Shown here in pieces: positions 43,332 through 52,540 of a DNA stretch of 56,327 bases. Source of the DNA: a virus (taxonomy: Duplodnaviria; Caudoviricetes). The position numbers were made by a program, and so were the translations under genes. Numbering within the stretch: the first letter of the stretch is position 1; every line of letters begins with the position of its first letter. The stretch spans positions 1 to 56,327 of IMG/VR virus record IMGVR_UViG_3300027889_000009, one strand, 5' to 3'. The notes beneath the pieces are model-generated. The model made no database searches. It was not told where the DNA came from and saw only the letters and a program-made list of their open reading frames with translations.

Positions 43332-43626
43332 TGGCCCCGTCTAAATTGGGGTGGAAGAGCTGCGATGACACGTTGTTGATGCGAGCTGAGAACAACGCGC
43401 GTTTTTCGGTTGGCAGTTCCCGGAAAAGTTCCCAAAGCAAGTCGGATGCTGCCTGGAATTGAATGTTGATAACCATGTCCGTCACATCTCGATCGAGGTC
43501 TTCGGCTGGACAGCTGCATTTTACAGAACCTAACAGCTGGAGCAACCGCCATTTTGACTGATGGCCTTGTCTGCAATAAAACATCATGACGTGCAAGGAA
43601 TCAACCCGGCGTGCAATGCAACCCGC

Positions 43627-43800
43627 TCAAAAAGCACGGTTGCATTGCAAAGCCGCTCTGACGTATCCTTCTTTTTCTGCACACTTGTCAGAGCACCACT
43701 CCGTACCGCAGTTACCGTCGTTGCCACTGCACAAAACGTAGTCCCCGCAATCGGGGAACGTGCGACCGCAGTAGTTGCACGGATACCAGTCAACGCCCAT
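43627..43800 (-). CDS. Small Cys-rich protein
   Basis: MGVDWYPCNYCGRTFPDCGDYVLC...WCSDKCA. Confidence 0.6.
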   Translation of the reverse strand: MGVDWYPCNYCGRTFPDCGDYVLCSGNDGNCGTEWCSDKCAEKEGYVRAALQCNRAF

Positions 43801-43802
43801 TG

Positions 43803-44021
43803 TCATTCTCCCATCGCCAGTGCCCACGCTTCAAGGATGGCGTCCGTCGAGCGCCACACAAGACCAACGTGACCGCAAACCGGGCATGCGTCGGTTGCCG
43901 CTGTCTTCGTCCTTTGCCATGTCTTGACATGGATGCCATCGCCAACCAGTGCGGCACAATTGGGGCATTGCCATGCGCTGTCGCATCCTGGGACGATAAG
44001 GGCGCCAAGGTTGTCGTTCAT
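43803..44021 (-). CDS. Zn-ribbon hypothetical protein
   Basis: CPNC...CPVCG. Confidence 0.55.
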   Translation of the reverse strand: MNDNLGALIVPGCDSAWQCPNCAALVGDGIHVKTWQRTKTAATDACPVCGHVGLVWRSTDAILEAWALAMGE

Positions 44022-44206
44022 TCTTCACCGTTCCAATACCGCACAGCCTTTGAGAAGTCCTTGGGAAACACAAGTCGTCCTTTCGGTGGCGGCGTGATAC
44101 TGAGTACGCCCCTGTCAACGATTTCAGGTGGCCGCAGAGCGAATTGGTTCAACAGGTCAAGCCAGCTGGCATCCCAATCGACGGCAGGAGTGACGATTAT
44201 TGGCAT
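44018..44206 (-). CDS. Hypothetical protein
   Basis: TAATG coupling, MPIIVTPAVDW. Confidence 0.5.
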   Translation of the reverse strand: MPIIVTPAVDWDASWLDLLNQFALRPPEIVDRGVLSITPPPKGRLVFPKDFSKAVRYWNGEE

Positions 44207-44598
44207 TACGGTTTCGTTCTCATCGCGTCCCTGAGACGCCTGTAGGCCATGCTGCGGTGCTCTTCCGCCGACATGGGTGCATCTTCCGCATCCTTCATGG
44301 CGGCGACGTGCATCTGCTGTATGGCGTAGATGCAGGCGTCGTGCAGCTTGTCGTAGTCGATGTCGGGATGGCCTTCGGTGTACTCTGCTGCCGTCATCGG
44401 TTTGTGCGGCACTGCATTGAATGGTGGTTTCATCGCTCGACTTTCCCGTTCGCGGTCCCGCGCATCCCAGACACGATTCACACCGGAAGCAACGTCCATG
44501 CACTCGCGGTGGTTGCCGCACATCTCGCAATTGCCCAGATAACGCATGGCAAGCGGCGGCTCGGTGGCATCCCAGCATTTCAGGCAGACGAACATCAC
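44206..44598 (-). CDS. Hypothetical protein
   Basis: CLKC...CEMCG N-terminus. Confidence 0.55.
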   Translation of the reverse strand: MMFVCLKCWDATEPPLAMRYLGNCEMCGNHRECMDVASGVNRVWDARDRERESRAMKPPFNAVPHKPMTAAEYTEGHPDIDYDKLHDACIYAIQQMHVAAMKDAEDAPMSAEEHRSMAYRRLRDAMRTKP

Positions 44599-44846
44599 CA
44601 ATCCCCTGCGAGCATGTGTGCATAGGATGCGTAAGCGATACCGACATACCCGCAACGTGGACATTGCCCGCTGAACCTTGGCCAACGCTTCCGCACATCG
44701 GCGGCGGTCAACCCTTCTGCCTGTTTATTGTCAAAGGTGACGCCGTGGTCGCAAGCAAGGTCAAGGGTGCCCACAAAGCGTTCGTTAACAAAGTTCTCGA
44801 CGTCTTCTGGTGATGCCGGTAGCGGCAGGTAGATTTTTTCTGTCAT
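44595..44846 (-). CDS. Conserved small Zn protein
   Basis: CDHGVTFD...VRKRWPR..CPRCGY.GIAYAS..H..GDW. Confidence 0.65.
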   Translation of the reverse strand: MTEKIYLPLPASPEDVENFVNERFVGTLDLACDHGVTFDNKQAEGLTAADVRKRWPRFSGQCPRCGYVGIAYASYAHMLAGDW

Positions 44847-45127
44847 GTTTTGGGTCCGATGAAGCAAATCTCCACCATTGGCTTCGGCTCTTGGTATCGC
44901 AGTTTCCAGATGACAGTGCCGTCTGCCCTACGCCAGAGTTCCTTCTGGTACACGGCGTTTTTGTACGTCAACAATTCTTCGATGGCTTGCTCCAATCCGT
45001 TTGGGCGAACCGCAGGAAATGTTGGCACCATCATGGTGAACGAGTTTACGTTGCACCACACCTTGCTCCCGTGTAATGGGCCACCGACGCATTCCAGTTC
45101 TTCCATGTCCCTTGGTGATTGCATCAT
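44843..45127 (-). CDS. Hypothetical protein
   Basis: VGGPLHG motif; coupled to the portal stop. Confidence 0.6.
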   Translation of the reverse strand: MMQSPRDMEELECVGGPLHGSKVWCNVNSFTMMVPTFPAVRPNGLEQAIEELLTYKNAVYQKELWRRADGTVIWKLRYQEPKPMVEICFIGPKT

Positions 45128-46839
45128 CGCCGCGACTTCCTGAGAAACTCCGCTGCCCCATCGTCGTACTTGTCAATCCGTGAAGCGTGTCCGTTGTGCT
45201 TGGCCGTGTCCAGCGCGGCCGCCAACCTGTCTTCATGATAGCTCTTTCTTGGTCCGATGGCATGCTTCCCCGCTGGATTCTTCGTGCGGTTCCGCTCGTT
45301 GGCCAGCGGCGAGTTGAGCCGCCCGTGTGTCCTGTCCCCTTCGTAACCGCTCTGCAAGTCTTCTGGCTTTCCCGTCATGCCAACGGGAATCTCGCCGCCT
45401 TCCTTGTCCTGCTGCTTGCCCACGAACGCTTCGCCTTCTGGTCCGTCAAGTGGCGGCAATCCCCGGTGCTTCCTGTACTCGTTGACCTTGCGGACGTTGC
45501 CAGCCTGCACGTCAAGTGACAGCTGCTTCTCCAGCAGGTCGCGGTCGTCGATGCGCTCTGGGGTCAGGGACAGGTACAACCGCGAGCCGAAGTAGGGGCG
45601 CAGGATGCGGCGGGTCAGTTTGCCGCCGCGTTTCCAACCCAACTTTCTCAGGAGCGGTTGCAGGGACAGGATGTAATACTGCTTCAGCGATGCGAACAGG
45701 TTGGCGAAGCTGGTATCGTCACTCATCCCAGCTACCGCTTTCGGCGTTCCAAAAGCCGCAAGGATAATCCCAAGCTCCTGATTCCAGCCTTCCGTCCAGG
45801 CCATTTCCGCAGGGGCATTGGATATCTTGTCGGCCTTGATGCCAGCGGGGATGAACAGGATCTTGCCAGCGTTCTGCGGGCCTGCCGCGACGGCTTCTAT
45901 TTGCTTCCGCAGGCGCTCCATGTCGATTTGGTTGGGCTTGAGTATCTCCGGGTCCATCGTCAACGCCACGGTGCAATCGACGCCCTTCTGCTGGGTCGTC
46001 AACCGGGAAAGGTCGATGGCTTCGATGGTATCGACTTGCCGCTGCATAGCCGTGAGCGCTGAATAACCGCTGTAGCGAAGCAGGGGATGCTGGTTTTTTA
46101 TGTGAACAATCTGCTCCGCAGGGATGCGAGCGCCGGCAGCCGATTGGTACGACGGGACTGTACTGAAAGGTCCGTATGGCCAGTACGGCTGCACAAGGTA
46201 ACTGCCGTTGGGATAAACGGGTGAAGGTGGCCACGGCAGTGCTGTGGCCGTTGGTATCACGTAGGATTCCGTGGGCGACCAACTTGGGTCGCTGTCGTCG
46301 CCCATCCCTGGATACCAGAGCAACGCTGAGCCGGTTAGTCCGAGTTGCTGGGTCGTGGAGTAGATGTAGTCTGGTCCGTCATCGTCTCCGTTGGGCTGAT
46401 CGAACAACTGCACCGCAGGTTCGTCCCATCCTAGTTCCACATCCCCCACTTCTGGGTCGTCGGTGATTTCCATGATGCGCATTTCTGCGGCAGCTGCCTG
46501 GTTGCACATCGTATTGAGCGCCAAAAAAATGCTCGACGTGAAGTGGCGTGTCAGTTCGACCTTGTTGTCCACCCACATCCCAGGAGCTTTGCTCCGCAAT
46601 GCACCTAGCAGGTAGTCGAAGTCGCGTGCGGCAGCTGCCGAATCGACAACGGTATCATTGTGCAGTCGCCCTGTGAAGTCTGGTATCGGCGTCATCGGTC
46701 CTTGATTAACCGACCGATAACCAGATGGTACGGTTCCGGGACCGATCCAGTCCCGCACCCTTGTTCTTTGCCCGCGACGTGATACCGCCATTGCTGCCGC
46801 CTTTCCGGGGCGCCATTGGTTCGCTCTCTGTCTCGACAT
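45124..46839 (-). CDS. Portal protein, HK97 family
   Basis: LFDQPN...LGLTGSALL...IPAEQIVHIK..HP..YSGYSAL...GPQNAGKIL...ILAAFGTP...SFAN...KVNEYRKHRGLPPL. Confidence 0.92.
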   Translation of the reverse strand: MSRQRANQWRPGKAAAMAVSRRGQRTRVRDWIGPGTVPSGYRSVNQGPMTPIPDFTGRLHNDTVVDSAAAARDFDYLLGALRSKAPGMWVDNKVELTRHFTSSIFLALNTMCNQAAAAEMRIMEITDDPEVGDVELGWDEPAVQLFDQPNGDDDGPDYIYSTTQQLGLTGSALLWYPGMGDDSDPSWSPTESYVIPTATALPWPPSPVYPNGSYLVQPYWPYGPFSTVPSYQSAAGARIPAEQIVHIKNQHPLLRYSGYSALTAMQRQVDTIEAIDLSRLTTQQKGVDCTVALTMDPEILKPNQIDMERLRKQIEAVAAGPQNAGKILFIPAGIKADKISNAPAEMAWTEGWNQELGIILAAFGTPKAVAGMSDDTSFANLFASLKQYYILSLQPLLRKLGWKRGGKLTRRILRPYFGSRLYLSLTPERIDDRDLLEKQLSLDVQAGNVRKVNEYRKHRGLPPLDGPEGEAFVGKQQDKEGGEIPVGMTGKPEDLQSGYEGDRTHGRLNSPLANERNRTKNPAGKHAIGPRKSYHEDRLAAALDTAKHNGHASRIDKYDDGAAEFLRKSRR

Positions 46840-47164
46840 GATACATCGTGGCGTATCAAAAGAGCAACGAAATCAATCGGCAGTGGATGAAATGTCCATT
46901 GCTTTCGAGCAGTAAATCAACTGCCAATTCTTGCAGTTCGCGCTTTTAAGCAAAGGTGGTTTGTTTTTATTTTCGTCGCAACAATCATAGTACAAAGCGG
47001 TTTCGTCTTTTGTTCGTTAATAACACATTAGGTATGTAGTAACTACCTTTAAGTTGTTTGCGCGCAAATGGAAGCGGGATGCCAACTCGCATTTGGCACC
47101 CCGCAGGAAGGATGAGACGACGACATGGTACTGCCAGCGCCAGAACGACGCAAGGCGAAGTGAC

Positions 47165-47341
47165 TCAATACTTGCTCACCAGCACCCATCGCGGAGATTG
47201 CGTTGCCACTGTCGGTTCCACCCACTGCCACCACTTGGCAAGAACTGGTTCGCCAGCGGCCGTCAGTTGGACGTAGGCGACTGGCAGGATGTACGCTCCT
47301 GGATTGGCTTCAACGCAACCAGTTGTCGATATGGGTTCCAT
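47165..47341 (-). CDS. Hypothetical protein
   Basis: Short packed ORF. Confidence 0.4.
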   Translation of the reverse strand: MEPISTTGCVEANPGAYILPVAYVQLTAAGEPVLAKWWQWVEPTVATQSPRWVLVSKY

Positions 47342-47495
47342 GTGCCTTTCTCGCTTTCTCAAGTTCCTGATAGATTATCCAGCACACATGCTCGTTAGCG
47401 CCGCCGATTGGGGATATCTTCCGCATCTCGACAAGTTCCGCTTCGGCCAGTTCAAGGGCACGGTTCACCACTGCTTTACGTTCGTCGCTGGTCAT
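47310..47495 (-). CDS. Hypothetical protein
   Basis: ATGA coupling. Confidence 0.55.
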   Translation of the reverse strand: MTSDERKAVVNRALELAEAELVEMRKISPIGGANEHVCWIIYQELEKARKAHGTHIDNWLR

Positions 47496-47887
47496 GACAG
47501 GTTAACCACCGCTTCCGGTATCGGCGTGCCAGGTTCCACCGGCGAGAAGTCCAGGCTCCACAGTTTCAGGCACCATCCCCGTGGCGAACCTTCATAGGAA
47601 AGGATGCGCACGTCTTCTGGCATCCCGGAGCGTGTCAGTTGCCTGATGGTGATGCTCTCGGCGTAGCTTTTGTCAATGTATGACAGCCGCACGCGGCGGC
47701 GGTCTTCTTCGGACAAGTCGGCCCAATCGACGTTCATGGGATACTTTCCTTGGCGTGTGGCGGCATCGCGTGCGGCACGAAGTTTCTCGATGACGGGCAG
47801 CATCGGCTTGGGCATGTGTTTGTCCAGGGCTATCACGCGCTCCAGGTAGGCCGCTTCATCTTCGGTCAATGTCAGTTTCACGTTCAT
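47492..47887 (-). CDS. Hypothetical protein
   Basis: ATGA coupling; GMPEDVRIL...WSLDFSPVEPGTPIP. Confidence 0.65.
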   Translation of the reverse strand: MNVKLTLTEDEAAYLERVIALDKHMPKPMLPVIEKLRAARDAATRQGKYPMNVDWADLSEEDRRRVRLSYIDKSYAESITIRQLTRSGMPEDVRILSYEGSPRGWCLKLWSLDFSPVEPGTPIPEAVVNLS

Positions 47888-48681
47888 GGCTTGTCCCCTT
47901 CCGGCACGCTCAGGAACCGCTCAATCCGTGGGTCGTCTGTCGCCATTTCCATTCTTTCTTCGCTGTACGGAATCGGCGTGTCTGCCGACCACTTTTGCAA
48001 CATCCACTTGCTGTCAATGGTCCTGATGGTCAGCCCACGTTTCTTTGCGAATCGGTTCACAGCGCACACGACGCCGACCCACGCTAGGTCAAAGTCGTCC
48101 CCCGCCATGATGCCGCCAGGCGTCACCAGCGGCCACCAGTGAATCAGGTCGTCGTACACGTCTTCTTCTTCGTGCCCGGCGTCGATGTACACGAAGTCCG
48201 CCGTTACCCCGTGGTACCTGAGTACCCGCGATGCCACGCGGCTTGTCGCTGGGAACGGGACGATGATGTCGTGTACGCCGTAGTGCAGCACGTTCGCCAA
48301 GAACTGCTGGTACAGTTGCGGGCGTCCGTTGACCGTGTAGGGACGGATGTCCCATTCGTGGCCGCACTGTTTCATCTGGTGCTCAATCAGGTGCTCGGTG
48401 CTGCCTAGCCAGGTATCGACGCAGATGATGGCGTGGTCGTATTCCTTGCTCATGTCGTCTTGGTCGTCCAGCACGGTTGCCATCGTCACTGCTGATGCGC
48501 CTGTCCAGCTGCCGACTTCGATGATGAGACGTGGCCAACTGCCGCGTATCATCATCTGGAGCGTCTTGTCCATCGTCAACACTTGCGGCTTGGGCAGCGC
48601 GTTGTATCCTTCGTGCTCGTCGTGGTGGTACGGATTCTCGGCGTGCAGTTTGGCCATCAGGTCGGTGGCGGTTTTACTCAT
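47884..48681 (-). CDS. Class I SAM-dependent methyltransferase (Methyltransf_24-like)
   Basis: IIEVGSWTGASA, ICVDTWLGS, DFVYIDAGHEEEDVYDDL, PGGIMAGDD. Confidence 0.92.
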   Translation of the reverse strand: MSKTATDLMAKLHAENPYHHDEHEGYNALPKPQVLTMDKTLQMMIRGSWPRLIIEVGSWTGASAVTMATVLDDQDDMSKEYDHAIICVDTWLGSTEHLIEHQMKQCGHEWDIRPYTVNGRPQLYQQFLANVLHYGVHDIIVPFPATSRVASRVLRYHGVTADFVYIDAGHEEEDVYDDLIHWWPLVTPGGIMAGDDFDLAWVGVVCAVNRFAKKRGLTIRTIDSKWMLQKWSADTPIPYSEERMEMATDDPRIERFLSVPEGDKP

Positions 48682-48684
48682 TGT

Positions 48685-49029
48685 TCACCATATCGGCGTT
48701 TCAGGCATATCTTCCATCATTCGCATGCAGTCTGGACAAGTGACGAATGTGGGCATCGTGTGCATCGTGATGGCGTCGCCGCAACGTGCATAGCCATCGT
48801 TGGTGGCAAGGTGTGTAAATTCTTCAAACGTACCGTTCTTGCGGACGTTTCCTTCACGCCGCTCCAGCATCGCCATGATCTCAGCGGGCGTTTCCTTGAC
48901 GTAAGACGTTCCGCCGTGGAAGTCGATGACTGTCCTTGCTTCTTCGCGCTTCATGAACTGCACGATGTCGGCGTTGACGTAGAACTGTTCGCTGCCGTCT
49001 GCATCTGTCAGTAGCAGGAATGTGGCCAT
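48685..49029 (-). CDS. FlbD-like small beta protein
   Basis: FLLLT...FYVNADIV...TVI...VKETPAEI. Confidence 0.6.
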   Translation of the reverse strand: MATFLLLTDADGSEQFYVNADIVQFMKREEARTVIDFHGGTSYVKETPAEIMAMLERREGNVRKNGTFEEFTHLATNDGYARCGDAITMHTMPTFVTCPDCMRMMEDMPETPIW

Positions 49030-49310
49030 CAATACCCCCTTCCCGGACTCACGGTGAAGTTCATCACCAGGGCACGCAATTGTGCCCATGCCCTGTCCTT
49101 TATCATCTCTACCATCTCTGGCTTGTTCAGCATGTCCTTGAGCATCTGCAGCGCTATCGGCTCGACGGCGGCGCTGATGAGTCGCTTCATGTCGTAGTCC
49201 TGGATACACTTGTTAATTGACTCTCCGATGATACTGCGGAACTCGTCGGCTTCGACGCTGGCAAGGGCGCGTGCCATCAACTCCTTGAATCGGTCTGGTT
49301 TCTCGTCCAT
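49029..49310 (-). CDS. Hypothetical helical protein
   Basis: MDEKPDRFKEL; TGATG coupling. Confidence 0.6.
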   Translation of the reverse strand: MDEKPDRFKELMARALASVEADEFRSIIGESINKCIQDYDMKRLISAAVEPIALQMLKDMLNKPEMVEMIKDRAWAQLRALVMNFTVSPGRGY

Positions 49311-49403
49311 TGGTTGCACTCGTGTGGTTTGACGGTTGTGTTCTTCCACTGTACAATTGACGGCGAACAGGTTCAAGTGTGGCAAAACGAAACAGGTGGC
49401 ACG

Positions 49404-49949
49404 ATGGGCAAGAAAATCTTCGCGGAAGGCAAGTTCGGGGAACTGCTCTTGGAAGGTGGCCAGCGGTTGGGACCGCTGCACTTCACGATGAAGGTGAAAG
49501 AGTGCGTGTTCCCCGGTGTTTGTTCGTTCGCGCCCATAGAAAAACTCAGCGTCACCGCCACGTTGCCTATCTTCCTTGGCGAGTCGGTTCCTGCTTGTCT
49601 TCACGCAGGCATGCGTTGTTTGTTCTCCAGTGCCAAAGACATTCCACGTTTCACTGCCGAAGTGTACATCGACCGTATCTTGGCCGAATTGTTCGACGAT
49701 ACGCCACTTCCATCAGTACAGCGGACACCGCAATCATCCTACGAGATGGTGTACGCCTACGTCAGCATCGAGATGGTAGGCATCGGTGCGCCAAGTTTCG
49801 TCGAGATGGAACAATTGGCCAATGGTGTCGCCTACGATGTTCACAATGACATATTCATGCTGCCAGACTCGCCCGCATCCAAGGACGCCTGTACCTGCCT
49901 GTCGCTCCTGTTCGGCCACGAAGTTGGTTGCCCCTTTCGCAAGGACTGA
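49404..49949 (+). CDS. Hypothetical protein
   Basis: AGGTGG RBS, MGKKIFAEG; C-terminal CTC...GHEVGCP. Confidence 0.6.
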   Translation: MGKKIFAEGKFGELLLEGGQRLGPLHFTMKVKECVFPGVCSFAPIEKLSVTATLPIFLGESVPACLHAGMRCLFSSAKDIPRFTAEVYIDRILAELFDDTPLPSVQRTPQSSYEMVYAYVSIEMVGIGAPSFVEMEQLANGVAYDVHNDIFMLPDSPASKDACTCLSLLFGHEVGCPFRKD

Positions 49950-49952
49950 GCC

Positions 49953-50597
49953 ATGCACGACCCCGATGCCCTGACCTACCGCGACCTTGACTTCGATGGT
50001 TTATACCACCCTGAAAGGAACAGGAGAAAGAGCGACGAAGCCGATACCGACCACCTAAACAAGATGCACCAGGCCATCATCATGCTGTCGGCATGCGAAC
50101 CGAAGTCCATGCGCCAAGTGGCCAGCGAATTGGGCATGAGCGAATTTACGCTCCACCGCTGGCACAAGCGCGACGACTTCAAGAAGGCACTCGCCAAGGC
50201 CCGCTTCGCTGTCTTGCAGAACGCGATAGGGATGGTGCAGCAATACAGCCATGCCGCCGCCACGCGGTTGCTGCAAATCGTGCAGGACCCCGACTCCCGC
50301 GACTGCGATGCCGCGCGTGCCGCCGACGTGCTGTTGTCATACGCGATGCCCAAGAAGATGCAGCAAGCGGAAGAAGACGGCACGGGCGAAACCAGGAAGC
50401 CTGATGCCAGCTGGTTGAACAAGCTCAGCCCAGCGGCAAAGGCCGAAGTTCTTGGGCTTGCCGTTCGTGAAGTTATGGGCGATGGCGGCGCCCAAGTGAA
50501 GGTAACGGAAACAAAAACCGAAGTCACGGTTGGACCGGCGACGAAGGAGCCACTGCGCGTGGAAGGTCAGACGTCCGACACTCCCGGTGGTCTGTAG
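49953..50597 (+). CDS. HTH protein, small terminase-like candidate
   Basis: SMRQVASELGMSEFTLHRWHKRDDFKKAL then helical ..AARAADVLLSYA. Confidence 0.65.
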   Translation: MHDPDALTYRDLDFDGLYHPERNRRKSDEADTDHLNKMHQAIIMLSACEPKSMRQVASELGMSEFTLHRWHKRDDFKKALAKARFAVLQNAIGMVQQYSHAAATRLLQIVQDPDSRDCDAARAADVLLSYAMPKKMQQAEEDGTGETRKPDASWLNKLSPAAKAEVLGLAVREVMGDGGAQVKVTETKTEVTVGPATKEPLRVEGQTSDTPGGL

Positions 50598-50810
50598 TAG
50601 CGTGCATCGCCTTCCTGGATTTGCTCGCGGTCAGCGTCGATGGCCGCATTCGCTTCGTGGCCTTCATACCAACCGCAGTTGTCGCAGTTCCAGGGTCCGA
50701 AATGCAGACCGCGGCCAAGGTTCGCCTTTTCACGCCAGCATTCGGTGCTACATTGTGGGCATTTGATGGTGTTGCTCCTTGGTAACTAGACGAGACTCAT
50801 TGATTATAAA

Positions 50811-50841
50811 CTATAGGTGGGACATTTTGTCCCACCTATAG
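50811..50841. repeat. Inverted repeat, 14-bp arms with 3-nt spacer
   Basis: CTATAGGTGGGACA-TTT-TGTCCCACCTATAG. Confidence 0.9.
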
Positions 50842-50867
50842 CACTATCGCAACGCCATCTTCACCGC

Positions 50868-51461
50868 TCATCTGTGTTGACCGCTGCTCGCTATTGCTTT
50901 TTCGCCCCCAGTTGATACCGGGGTATCAACTGACTCGCAGGTGCAAACAAACAGCGTCCCGTCAGGCACATTGCCCAACACCAACTTACCGTGAACGGTA
51001 CAGGTATGCCACTCGTGGCCTTCGATGCAGTGTGAATTGCGCCTGATGCCGAAGCCCTGGGAATTGATGAATTGGCCGCACACGGGGCAGTCGTTGGCAA
51101 CGTGCAGGTTCAGCTGCTCGATGGTGGCCTTGATTCCTTCGCGTATCTTCCTGGCGACGATGATGGCAGCTCCCAGGGCGAACGCCGATGGTCCGTGGTC
51201 GAACTCCTTCTCGGCGATGCGGGCACATTCTTCCCCGGTCAAAACGATGGCGGCACGCACGTCGGCGGAGATTGCTGGCGGCGTGGCGATGGGCGTGGCT
51301 GGTTCCATCTTGGCCAAGTCGCCATTGGTGCGGCGGGAATGTCTCAGGCGTTCCGTGAGCGAAGCCGTGTATCCGTAGACGTGGAATCCGCACTTCGGGC
51401 AATGGGCTTCTTCGGCGTCGGTGGAGAAGTCGGTCTTGCACTGGGGACACGCGAAGTTCAT
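50868..51461 (-). CDS. Cys-rich hypothetical protein
   Basis: CPQC..CPKC; CPVCG..C..GHEWHTC.VH. Confidence 0.65.
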   Translation of the reverse strand: MNFACPQCKTDFSTDAEEAHCPKCGFHVYGYTASLTERLRHSRRTNGDLAKMEPATPIATPPAISADVRAAIVLTGEECARIAEKEFDHGPSAFALGAAIIVARKIREGIKATIEQLNLHVANDCPVCGQFINSQGFGIRRNSHCIEGHEWHTCTVHGKLVLGNVPDGTLFVCTCESVDTPVSTGGEKAIASSGQHR

Positions 51462-51605
51462 GTGGTTTCCTTCATGGGGTTACTGGTCCATCGTCGCCTA
51501 GCAGGCATATTGCTTCTTTTCCAGTTGCTGGCGTTCGTGCTATCTCTTGCACGGTTGCCCAGCATTCGTCTCTCTTGCAGTACACGCGGTCGCCTGGCTT
51601 GATGG

Positions 51606-51836
51606 TCATGATCTCACCTTCGTCGCATTGATGCGTACTTGTGAACCGTCCGGCATCTCGAACATCATCACACAATCTTTAACGAAAATCAATTTGGGAG
51701 TTACGCCTTCAGCCGTGTGCCAACTTGCGCCGCACGCTTCAGCGACTTCAAAACCATTGGACTCGCTCTCGTTGAAACACGACAGCAGCATGTCGATAAC
51801 GTCTGCTGGCCCCATCTTCTTACCGCGTGTCTTCAT
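51606..51836 (-). CDS. Hypothetical protein
   Basis: ATGA coupling. Confidence 0.55.
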   Translation of the reverse strand: MKTRGKKMGPADVIDMLLSCFNESESNGFEVAEACGASWHTAEGVTPKLIFVKDCVMMFEMPDGSQVRINATKVRS

Positions 51837-52249
51837 CCCGGTTTCGTCCTTCCCGTACCGTGGCACACAGGGCACGCATCTTCCTGCGGCACAGTGGACC
51901 CCTTGTGTATGTACTTCGACCGTCCGCTTCCCTGGCAGTTGGAGCACTGGTTGCGCGCCAACCCCGTGCCGAAGCACGGCTTGCACGCTTCAAAGGTGTG
52001 GCGCTCACCTTCGCCGCTGAACAGGGTCCGTGGTACGACGCCATATCCTTTGCAGGCGGTGCAGCACGTTGGAAACAATGTCGCCAAATCTGCAACGCCT
52101 TTGGTGACAATGGCAATGGCGGCGCCTATTTCCTTGACCTGTGCTTCCAGCGTCTGCACCTTGTACCCCAGCGCGGTCACGGCTTCTTCGGGGCGGTACA
52201 GATCCTTTTCCTTGGAGTCGGTAGCGGTCTTTTTCTTGGCCATGGTCAT
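51833..52249 (-). CDS. DnaJ-type CxxCxGxG Zn-finger protein
   Basis: CTACKGYG, CKPCFGTG, CSNCQGSG, CPVCHGTG. Confidence 0.75.
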   Translation of the reverse strand: MTMAKKKTATDSKEKDLYRPEEAVTALGYKVQTLEAQVKEIGAAIAIVTKGVADLATLFPTCCTACKGYGVVPRTLFSGEGERHTFEACKPCFGTGLARNQCSNCQGSGRSKYIHKGSTVPQEDACPVCHGTGRTKPG

Positions 52250-52533
52250 TCTCCAGAGAAGTGGTCGGAGCACACGAACTGCGTATTCTGCGTGGCACCT
52301 TCGTAATCGTCGCTCGGATTGATGTTAGACACGAGCAAGCCTGCGAACTCTCCGTCTTCTCCTTCCTTGATGCCGACCATCCAGAGAGCCTTGCCATCCT
52401 TATACAGTCTTGTCCCCGGTGGAAAGCGTTTGAATGCCGCCTGAATCATCGGTGGTCGCGTCGCAAGCCAGTCGTTGGCTAATTGCCGCGTGTCGTCGTC
52501 CAGTCCCTTCAGGTATTCATCCCATGCTGTCAT
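52246..52533 (-). CDS. Hypothetical protein
   Basis: WLATRPPMIQAAFKRFPP. Confidence 0.65.
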   Translation of the reverse strand: MTAWDEYLKGLDDDTRQLANDWLATRPPMIQAAFKRFPPGTRLYKDGKALWMVGIKEGEDGEFAGLLVSNINPSDDYEGATQNTQFVCSDHFSGE

Positions 52534-52540
52534 TGGTGGT

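Noticed and set aside
46862-47160. AT-rich gap as replication origin
   Set aside because: No iterons or adjacent replication gene; explained equally well as the portal promoter region
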